A stretch of 64,000 bases of DNA from Eledone cirrhosa (Eukaryota): NCBI GenBank assembly GCA_964016885.1, contig OZ024740.1, forward strand, positions 336,226,001-336,290,000, written 5' to 3'. Within the stretch, counting starts at the first letter, position 1. Every line of letters starts with the position of its first letter. Below the pieces are notes generated by a model that made no database searches, was not told where the DNA came from, and saw nothing but the letters and a program-made list of their open reading frames with translations. The position numbers and the translations under genes are program-made. Below, piece after piece: positions 52,172 to 64,000 of the stretch.

Positions 52172-52778
52172 TCAGGTCACCAGTTGGTGCTACTAGTAAC
52201 ATGTATCCCAGTACAACCTGTCCCATGGTCGGGTTGTTGGCGACTAAACTGGCAACCCCACCAAGGTTTCTTGGTGAAGAGGGTAATGTTGGACATCCTG
52301 CAGGACTAAAAACAAAACCTGTCAAAGGGCAAGGGAGCTCTCAAGAGTCTATGGCCATCCAAAATCACCGGGAGAGATGACCCCTTAGCCTTTGTCAAGG
52401 CGGAATTCTAGGAGAAGGAAAACTCTGATATAACACCTGCAACCCAGATGGTATCCAATGATGTTGACTTGTTCTTCTTTTTGGTAAATATCATCTTGGT
52501 TAAGAGAGTGGGACTGGCTTTGTGCAGTGCCTTTGCTCACTATAAAAGCTTCACGGCACAGGCATTGCTTTATATCTGGAGATCTCTCTGCACTTGTCGT
52601 CACATGGTACCATGGGCCCAGCACTATGTGTCAATAATTGTCACAAGTGTAGTGTTTGTACCAGAGTTTTCAAGTCGCTTGCTGGACTAAAATTCACACT
52701 CGTTCAGCGCATCGGTAGGGGTTCTCCTACATGGATATAAAGTAGTGGCCGTACTCGAAAACGAGTTGGCAGCCACCA
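52172..52778 (+). mobile_element. Full-length non-autonomous RTE-derived element in (TATG)n
   Basis: Reverse complement of 33769-34376, with the same 5' nucleotide and a long degenerate (TATG)n tail. Confidence 0.85.
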
Positions 52779-53480
52779 TGTATATATGTATGTATTAATG
52801 TATGTATTAACGTATGTATGAATGTATGTATGTATATATGTATGTATTAATGTATGTTTGTATGTATGTATGTATTAATGTATGTTTGTATGTATGTATG
52901 TATTAATGTATGTATGTATGTATGTATATATATATGTATTAATGTATGTATATATGTATGTATTAATGTATGTATGTATTAATGTATGTATGAATGCATG
53001 TATGTATGTCTAAAATGAACAATGTATGTATGTATTTTTGCATGTAAATATATTTAGATTTATAGACATACATATGTGTGTTTGCGTGTTTGTGTATGGG
53101 CTCGCGTGTGTCTGTCACCACAGGTATGTGTCACCACGCATCTGTATGAGCACGTGTATGTGTATAAGTGTGTATACATTAAAACGTACACTGAAACATG
53201 TATATATATATATATATATGGAATTACTGTGATTCTGTGTATAAATATAATTATTGTGTGTGTTTGTGTGTGTATGTGTGTATATGTATGTGTGTCTATG
53301 TGTGTATGTGTGTGAGTGTCTATGTGGGTGTATATGTATGTATGTGTGTCTGTGTGTGTGTGTGAGTAAGTGTGTCTGTGTGAGTGTCTGTGTGTCTGTA
53401 TGTGTGTATGTTTGTATGTGTGTGTATATGTGTGTACGTGTGTATGTGTGTGTATGTGTGTAAGTGTGTGTGTGAGTGAC

Positions 53481-53569
<89 letters not shown>

Positions 53570-54394
53570 ATGTATTGAGTACAATAAAGTTGAAGTAAAC
53601 CACGTGGTCTTTGACAGAAGTTTTAATTTAAACATTCAGAACAAGATAGCTAATTTTCTTCGTGTTATTTCATCACATGGTCAATAAAGATCTGGCAAAT
53701 TCTTTCTTCTGAGAGATCTTAACTATATTTTCTTACAGACCAAGTACAAGAATTCCAAGTACAAAATTCTAAACAAAACGTTTGTTAATAAATCAGGTTC
53801 TTTTGTTTTCTTTTTGCTTTCATTTATAAAAAATGTGTTATTCAACATCGTTCTGTGTGGGGGGGGGGGGGCGTATGTGTGTGGGTGGGTGTGGGTTAAC
53901 AGCAGTCGAGGACTATCTTTTGAAGCAATTAGTAAATGTTATCTGTCCTGATTATTTGTTGTTGTTTTTTTTGTTTTTTTTGTTATTTGTTTGTTGTTTT
54001 GTTTCTTTTTACCTCCTTTTAATTCCGATATCGGTAAACTACCGTTTCTTTATATGTGACATTCACATGTGATAGTCACTGATTAATGCTGGCTTAAAAA
54101 TATATAAAGCAATTTATCATCTGAACTTTCTGATTTTTTTTTTTTTTTGTATTTTATTTTATTTTATTTTATTTTATTTTATTGTTTCATGTTTATTTTT
54201 TTCATTGTTGTTGTTTGTTAGTTGATTTTGTTTTTATATCAGTCTTGCAAACTTAGTGAGTTCTTTGCGCTGAGATGTTACATTCTATATATGAATACTG
54301 TATATTCATAGACATAAAATGCAGTGTGTATATAGCCTTCACTTAAAAAAAAAACATTAGATTCAGAATCTCAAAAACAGTGCTTTTGTCTTCT

Positions 54395-54776
54395 TTTTCT
54401 TTTTCTTCTTCTTCGTCCACTTATTCCTGAGAGGGTCTTGGAGGCTGAATCCTCACACACTTCTTCCTGAGAGGGTCGTGGAGGCTGAATCCTCACACAC
54501 TCCTTCCAGTAGGTCCTGTCAGAATCAACTGTCTCACACTAATCCGGCTGGATCCCCAAATGTGACCAGCCAAACGAGACCAGCCATGGATCTTATCCAA
54601 CCATTTTGCTTGGGGTCTACCCCTGGGTCTACTGCCGGTTGGTTTTACCAGTAAAATCTGTCCAGAGATTCTTTCCTGAGACATTCTAACCACATGGCCA
54701 TAGTATCGGAGCTGTGATCTCTCAATTCGGAGAAGTAGCGGCTCTACCTGGAGTGACTCTCCGATCTCCCTGCTCA
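54395..54776 (-). mobile_element. 3' fragment of an RTE-clade LINE
   Basis: LQVEPLLLRIERSQLRYYGHVVRM..RPRGRP..WLDKI; 37-bp tandem duplication near the 3' end; (GAA)n-like tail. Confidence 0.85.
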
Positions 54777-55386
54777 CTTAAATATAAAACTTTCGACGCT
54801 CATGTATGAATTATAAAATATATTTATATATTTTAGCCTGTAAATATAAATAATTTATTCAGGTAATGCTATGAAGTCTCTATCTAGAATTTTAGATTTT
54901 TACAATATAATTTTATGATTTTCGCGACACAGCTAGTTACAGTTTGAGACGCACTAACGTGTTGCTGTAGACACTTGAGAACCACTGCTCTATTCATAGT
55001 GAGACTATATAGTGTCTCATCGATTGAGTCCTTTGAGTCACATGTTTCAGCTAGTTTATTGTTAAAGAATACATTAACATAGAAATAGTTTTCAGGTGCT
55101 GACATGACAGTTGTACACAGTGTGTATATGTTAAATGAATGGACAGGCAATGTGCATATGTTGAGATACATAGAGACAGTGTGTAGATGTTAGTGGCTAG
55201 ATAGAAAAAGTGTGTAAATATTGACTGGATATATAATGTTTAAATGTGGAAGGGATATATAGATACACACAATTTGTTGATGCTGGTTGATTCGATAGAC
55301 ATCATGTGTAGAATTTGATTGGACAGACAAACACAATATGTATCTGTTGAGTGGACAGGTAAACACGGTGTGTAGGTAGTGCTTGC

Positions 55387-55462
<76 letters not shown>

Positions 55463-55663
55463 GGGTATGTAGATGGCTTTAGATAGACAGACAGTCTTTA
55501 GATAGCTACTGTATATATAAAGTATCTATATTTTGACTGGTTATATACATTTTTATTTGTATACATATTAATTATATATATGTATCAAATGAAAAAACGG
55601 AGTTAAAGACTCACGTTAATACCCTATAATTTAATGAGCTCAAAGAAACAATTCCGGCCTCTT

Positions 55664-55836
55664 TATAAGGCAGTATATAGAGAAAAATACAGAAAGAGGT
55701 ATGTGTTCAATTATAGGGATAGAATACCATCAGAATGAATCTACACTATATTTGCAGCATAACATACTTACAGCATGTACAGGTATTATAGTTAATTGAA
55801 CATATACCTCTTTGTGTATTTTTCTTTATATACTGT

Positions 55837-55842
<6 letters not shown>
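55664..55842. repeat. Inverted repeat (50-bp arms) abutting (TA)n
   Basis: 55664-55713 versus 55793-55842; a third arm copy at 56048-56095. Confidence 0.85.
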
Positions 55843-55889
<47 letters not shown>

Positions 55890-55986
55890 CCCGTGTGGGA
55901 CATCTCGTTTATTTTTTTTAAAAACCTCATTTTCTTATATATATATATATATATATAAGAAAATGAGGTTTCTTTTTAATAAACGA

Positions 55987-56051
<65 letters not shown>

Positions 56052-56141
56052 ACAGTATGTAAAGAAAAATACACAAAGAGGTATGTGTTCAATTATGGGA
56101 GATAGAATACCACCAGAGTGAAAACCATATTGTCTACGAAA

Positions 56142-56298
56142 GTATAAGGAAAAGAAATTGAAAATGTGTGTGAGACAAACCACAACAGAAACACAAACCC
56201 TCCATCTCAATTTTACTTTTGAAAGTCATAAGAACTGTGAAACCGGTAAAGTAAATAAATATTCTTAAAATATTCCAGTTGCATTTTCAATTTCTTTT

Positions 56299-56305
<7 letters not shown>
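56142..56305. repeat. Inverted repeat (24-bp arms) enclosing a degenerate hammerhead (56212-56255)
   Basis: tttactt-ttgaaag-..-GAAA-ccgg-TA-aagtaaa; the 5' core is mutated. Confidence 0.6.
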
Positions 56306-56366
<61 letters not shown>

Positions 56367-56419
56367 GTAATGTCGTGAAAGGAAAAATATGATACTTGGA
56401 AGACACTGTGACAACACCA

Positions 56420-56610
56420 GAAATACTTTAAGGAGGGGTGGTTAGTTGTTAAAATCGATCACAGCACTGATAGGCACGTTATTTTATCGACCCCCCCGAA
56501 GAATGAAAGGCAAAGTCAACCACGGTGGAATTTTGAACTCACAACACAAAGAACTACTACTAAGTATCGCAAGGCATTTTGTCTGAGGCTCTAATGATTC
56601 TGATAGGATT
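56420..56610 (-). mobile_element. SINE with Meta/MESC-type core, older subfamily
   Basis: ttttatcgacccc..gaatgaaaggcaaagtcaacc..tttgaactc. Confidence 0.7.
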
Positions 56611-57012
56611 GACAAAACAAGGCATGCACTAATCTTTTTCTGAATTTATAACTTTAACCCTTTTGATACCAGCTGTGACTGCCTCTAATTCCATGAGAGA
56701 AAACAGCTCATTTTCAAGTGTTCTTATTTAAATTAAAACTGTCCATCTTGATTTTATCTCAATATTTTATATTTATATTCCAAACACCAGCTGACTAACA
56801 ACTAAAATATCTCATTAGAAATATGTTAACAAAAGAGTTAAAGAAGTCATTTTTTATTTACCTTACCGAAGTGTACGGTAATTTGTTGTTATCTGTAGTG
56901 CACCAGTGAGGCGGCGAATAGACAGAGACGTTAGAACGTCGGATAGAATGTTTACGGTATTCGTAGGGGTTAACTTCGCCTTTCATCCTTTCTGAGATCG
57001 ATTCTTCCTATT

Positions 57013-58870
<1,858 letters not shown>

Positions 58871-58929
58871 TGTCATTGGTGTTTTTATTTTCATTGTTAA
58901 TTTAATAGCTTATATATATATATATATAT

Positions 58930-58979
58930 ATATCCACCATCTCTTCTCCCAATCAGCATAATCAACCACACAAAAAACC

Positions 58980-59014
<35 letters not shown>

Positions 59015-59195
59015 AAAGAGGATCTAGCTGTCGAAACGGCCGGAGCTGAGCCGTCGGGGTCCTGACTTTTTTTTATATATATATATATATATATATGTGT
59101 GTATGTAAAAGGTAAACAGAAATAACAACACAATCGGGACAGTATATGGGAGGATATATCAGGTTAACGCTTGATATAGCAGGAAGAGGGTTTTA

Positions 59196-59238
<43 letters not shown>

Positions 59239-59425
59239 CAAGTACGACCCCGACGGTAGAGCTCAAGCCGTTTCGACGGCTATTTCTGAGTCCATAAATA
59301 GCCGTCGAAACAGCTTGAGCTCTGCCGTCGGGGTCATACTTGTTCCTATTAGCTATTCTACTACACTAAGTATTGAGTACTTTGGTGCGTTATGGTCCAT
59401 CTGGTTCCTTACCACAATTCCTTCG

Positions 59426-59470
<45 letters not shown>

Positions 59471-59473
59471 TAG

Positions 59474-59508
<35 letters not shown>

Positions 59509-59554
59509 ATAATAGTAAATTTGAAGACTAAAATCCAAAGAGGGCTCGATAAGG

Positions 59555-59606
<52 letters not shown>

Positions 59607-59795
59607 CGAAGGAATTGTGGTAAGGAACCAGATGGACCATAACGCACCAAAGTACTCAATACTTAGTGTAGTAGAATAGCTAATAGGAACAAGTATGACC
59701 CCGACGGCAGAGCTCAAGCCTTTTCGACGGCTATTTATGGACTCAGAAATAGCCGTCGAAACGGCTTGAGCTCTACCGTCGGGGTCGTACTTGTT

Positions 59796-59841
<46 letters not shown>

Positions 59842-59929
59842 CCCTCTTCCTGCTATATCAAGCGTTAACCTGATATATCCTCCCATATACTGTCCCGATT
59901 GTGTTGTTATTTCTGTTTACCTTTTACAT

Positions 59930-59975
<46 letters not shown>

Positions 59976-60110
59976 AAGTCAGGACCCCGACGGCTCAGCT
60001 CCGGCCGTTTCGACAGCTAGATCCTCTTTCTTATATATATATATATATATATATAATTGGTTTTTTGTGTGGTTGATTATGCTGATTGGGAGAAGAGATG
60101 GTGGATATAT
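58930..60110. repeat. Mirror (inverted) duplication of four (TA)n-separated modules, A-B-C-D / D'-C'-B'-A'
   Basis: Arms about 58930-59430 and 59604-60110, nearly identical except for TA tract lengths and a few substitutions. Confidence 0.92.
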
Positions 60111-60830
60111 TTTATCAAATGATTCTATGGACATACTTATATATCGCTCTGATTGTTGATTATTTAATTAATTAATTCCTCATTGAGCCACATCGTGAAT
60201 GGTCGCAAAAAACACATATATATATATATCTATGACTTTGTCTAATTTGTGTATATCTAAATCTTTATATTTGATAATCTCCCATATGGTTGAGATGCAA
60301 TTTAGACAGTATTTTGCTGCGCTTTCTAGCAACAAGTCCACTCGCCGCAAGGCACCAATCACATTCTTTCTGACTTGACCACTACCACGTCACAGTTCTT
60401 AGCCATTTTGAATTCGTTTCTGGCGGGGATCATTTAAGAAAAATCTCGTCCAAGTGAGTTTGTTTCCTGATGATTTCGAAACTCGTGAATTTATCCTTGA
60501 TCGGTTATTTCCAAAATGCGAATGAAACCCCATGGGGTAGAAACATAATTTTGGTATGCTTATATACATTTTTTCTTCTAACTTTGATTTTATACCTAAT
60601 TGTGTATGGTTGACGATATATTTAATTGATTTACACATGCTATTAGAAATGGTGGGTAAATATTCTATAGCTGTTGATCGCGAATAGATATCTGTAGTTT
60701 ATTTATCTATTATTTCTTCATAGGTGCCTTTTAATCTTATAGCCTTGTTTAATTGGTTTTTTTGTGTGGTTGATTATGCTGATTGGGAGAGGAGATGGTG
60801 TATATATTTTATCAAATGGACATACTTTAT
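60055..60830 (+). mobile_element. Second copy of the ~690-bp terminally redundant unit
   Basis: 60055-60140 repeats at 60751-60830; same right-hand end (ggacatactttat) as the 49-kb copy. Confidence 0.75.
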
Positions 60831-60892
60831 TGTATATATATATATATATATAGGTAAATATACACGGGTGTGTATGATTGTGTATAGAAGAT

Positions 60893-61275
60893 TATATTAA
60901 TAAGAGGAATTCCAACTTTGTCTGATTTACTCGTTTTATTTACAATCCTTTAAAATATATAATGGTATTATAATGAAATAGTATGATAGAATATTAAATT
61001 CTAAGTGTTAATTGAACAAGTACTGTCATGCTTTCGCAATCTTCAGGTTCATAATATGTGGTGACAGTCAAGTTTGCAATTTTCAACTGTTGAAAATTGC
61101 AAACTTGACTGTCACCACATATTATGAACCTGAAGATTGCGAAAGCATGAAAGTACTTGTTCAATTAACACTTAGAATTTAATATTCTATCATACTATTT
61201 CATTATAATACCATTATATATTTTAAAGGATTGTAAATAAAACGAGTAAATCAGACAAAGTTGGAATTCCTCTTA

Positions 61276-61283
<8 letters not shown>
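60893..61283. repeat. Near-perfect 391-bp palindrome (195-bp arms, 1-nt centre at 61088)
   Basis: One mismatch found by eye (61025 versus 61151). Confidence 0.95.
61125..61163 (+). ncRNA. Minimal type I hammerhead ribozyme (mirror copy on the minus strand at 61013-61051 has GACA for GAAA)
   Basis: tgaac-CTGAAGA-ttgc gaaa gcat-GAAA-gtac-TT-gttca. Confidence 0.78.
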
Positions 61284-61350
<67 letters not shown>

Positions 61351-62091
61351 ATACTTGGGGAGGGTCATATTGTTGTAATAATATTGCCAGAAATAATAAC
61401 AGAACACACTCACTGTTTGGTTGGTTTTCGCTTCTGCATCTTTTATATCTCCATAGTTAATTTATTTGGTAATCAAAGTTTATCATTGACTGACCATCGG
61501 TTAAACATACAGATATAAATATATATATATATACAGATATAAATATATATATATATATATATATACAGATATAAATATATATATATAGTCTAATAAAGTT
61601 ATTTCGTTGCACATCTGCAGCATCATCAGTGGTACTATTATCGTGTTCCCTCATTGTGTTGTATTGTAATGTTCACGCCATTTTTATTTTTATTTTTTTT
61701 TTTTTTTTTTCTCCGCCTCTACGCATGCGTTTGCGTGTGTGTATAATGTTTGGTGTATGTGTTCGCGTTTGGGTGTATGTGTTTTGGTTTTTGTATTCTG
61801 TCTTTGTTTACTAGTGTGTGTTTATATGTGTTTGTTGTTATTGTACTTGTGTATATATTTATTTATTTATTTATTTATTTATTTATATTTCTCTTAAGTC
61901 AGTATTGTTTGTTTGGGTATGGTTGTTGTTGTTATTCCATTCGTTTTTTTCTGTTTAACTTTGGTTTTCTAAGCTCTATTTCACTCGCTTCTCTGGTTTG
62001 CCTACCTGTTGGGTCATTTCTATGTTTAGATATTATTTTAACTAGCAGAAAAACCTCCCTTCGGGTGGTTTTCTGCTAGCTTGTGTAGTGT

Positions 62092-62429
62092 GTATATTGA
62101 TATTATACACAAGTATATATGCATGTAGATATGATACATCAAATAAAACCGTAATTGACAATATACACAGAAATTGAACGAAGACTGTGTTACACTGTCT
62201 TCTGTAATCTGTAACGTAATCCATGATACATTAAAAAAGACGATATTATATATCTGCTAGGCTGTTTAGTTTGTATATTGATATTATACGCAAGTATATA
62301 TGCATGTAGATATGATCAAATAAAATCGTAATTGACAACATACACAGAAATTGAACGAAGACTGAGTTACACTGTCTTATGTAATCAGTAACGTAATCCA
62401 TGATACATTAAAAAAGACGATATTATATA
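62092..62429. repeat. Direct duplication of ~158 bp (period ~180 bp)
   Basis: 62092-62250 versus 62273-62429. Confidence 0.9.
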
Positions 62430-62613
62430 CAAACTACATTAGGAGAAAATTAGTGTCAGAAATATATAAATATTTATTTAAACAATCGCTAATGGGAAGT
62501 GTTGACATTTGAAAATTTTAAAGAAGTGAATCTTTAAATAACTAATAAAATATATTTAATGAACAGCCACGAAATTTAGTAGATAAATTATGTAATATTC
62601 ATTCATTATTTAT

Positions 62614-62806
62614 AGGGCGGTGGATTGGCAGAATCGGTAGCGGGTCGGAAGCCATGCTTTGACGCAAAGAGTTACGGCCCTTTATGGTCTGAGTTCAAAT
62701 CCCGCCAAGGTTAATTTTTGCCTTTCATCCTTACGGGGTCAATAAAGCAAAGTACCAGTAATACATTGGGATAATTGCTGACCTGGTGCCAAAAGTAGAA
62801 ACAATT
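62614..62806 (+). mobile_element. Full-length tRNA-derived SINE with Meta/MESC-type core
   Basis: A box tggcagaatcggtag, B box gagttcaaatccc, core gcctttcatccttacggggtc. Confidence 0.85.
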
Positions 62807-62989
62807 ATTTATTCAAAGTAATCCAACTTATTTTACTAAGGGATAAAAAAATTATAAACCGTACGCAGTCTCGCGCTTCTTACTTTATTATAGTTAAGAT
62901 TTCTATGTTGTCTATATTGCCGTCATGTCTTTGTCTGGCGTGTTCGTATAGTACTGAGCCGTTTTTTTTTTTTTGTCCTTTTAATTCCC

Positions 62990-64000
62990 CCCAGTTTTGG
63001 TCTATTCTTTCTCTTATGCTTCGAGCTGTCTCACCTATGTATGTCGTTGTCATGTTTCTGCAAGTATCCTCTGTTCATCTTATGCTATAGACTACATTCC
63101 TAGTTTTACAGTTTATCTGGGGGTTCACTTTACATATAACACATTTCTTATTAGTACAGTGGGTTTTCTTAAAGGGGTATGTTTTGCTGATAAGGGATTT
63201 TATGGTTGTTCCTGGCTTTTCTACCACTTTCTTACCACTTTCTTAGGGATGTTCTACATTGGTTAGCTAATTTCCCCCCAGGGGTAGCATCCACGAACAT
63301 GACACTCTGATATCTCTGGTTGTCGTATCATGAAGTGGCTTTCCCTATCTTATGTTTAGTCCTATCTAAGCTATTTCATGATTTGCTCCTGTATAATGGG
63401 CAAATTCCTTTCATGTCCAGTTCTATGAGAGTCTTACACTTCTCCGTGGCTCCTTTGTATACTCTGATTCTGTTTCTTTGGTTATAGCCAGAGAACTACA
63501 TGCGGTTGATGAAGTGTTGGATGTGTCTTTCCATTTCAGTTGGGTCGCACATGCGGGACACGTTCTTCATCACTCGTACCAAGTCTACGAACAGAATATT
63601 AAACTTAGCACTACTGGACATTGCTGAGTTTTTGAGTATCAGGTATTTGGAGGTCATGGGTTTAGCATAGTGTGAGTGGAGAATTTGGGCCCTCTCGTCT
63701 ATAGTGTTAATCCAGAGTTCCGTGTCTAATACAGGTAGTCTATTGTTAGGGTGTTTGGAAGGGTAGTCAACTGATACAGTTATACTCTGGTGTATGGAGT
63801 TAGCTATCTGCTAGATGCTTTCCATTGTGCTATATTCTAAATCATGTTCATTAGTACTCTCTTGTGGGGGTGTTCTTATTACTATATTAATATCGTCTAC
63901 GTAACGAGAGTACATGACGAGATCTATGGAGCTCTCTTCAAGGAGATCTTTGAGTCTCCTTTCCCACCATACCATAAATAGATTGGCAACATCACCAGCT
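62990..64000 (-). mobile_element. Penelope-like element (RT + C-terminal GIY-YIG), degenerate, runs off the window
   Basis: ANLFMVWWE, YSRYVDD, DYPSKHPNNRLPVLD, YAKPM, PLYR, FVDATPGG, CKTRNVVYSI...YIGETARS; several stop codons. Confidence 0.88.

Noticed and set aside
58930-60110. Repeat-spacer pattern resembling CRISPR
   Set aside because: The repeats are variable-length (TA)n and the spacers are element fragments; explained by nested insertion plus inverted duplication
62990-64000. Naiad (N-terminal endonuclease) assignment
   Set aside because: The GIY-YIG domain lies C-terminal to the RT

Overview
Repeat-saturated, AT-rich animal genomic DNA. The SINE types and microsatellite density suggest a cephalopod such as octopus (inference). 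No host protein-coding gene can be called with confidence, and most short ORFs in the track are microsatellite artefacts. The window is dominated by retroelements, each associated with one microsatellite. (1) Two frameshifted R4/Dong-type RT+RLE elements are stacked in (TACA)n at 8.8-16.0 kb. (2) A full-length Tx1 LINE with an uninterrupted 1141-aa APE-RT-Zn ORF2, plus three 5'-truncated relatives, is stacked in (GATA)n at 23.2-31.4 kb. (3) A ~607-bp non-autonomous RTE-derived element is stacked in (TACA)n at 33.8-36.2 kb, with another copy at 52.2 kb. (4) A CRE-clade element and Penelope-like (PLE) remnants lie in or near (TA)n. The least obvious layer is non-coding. The (TA)n tracts carry at least six minimal type I hammerhead ribozyme (HHR) motifs from five unrelated sequence families, usually inside fold-back palindromes. 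They also carry a seven-copy 'half-hammerhead' family that breaks at stem II, a ~690-bp terminally redundant retrozyme-like unit, and a ~1.2-kb mirror duplication of four TA-separated modules. Also present are tRNA-derived SINEs, a ~27-bp minisatellite and a few weak exon candidates. All alignments and folds were done by eye, and boundaries of degenerate elements are approximate.
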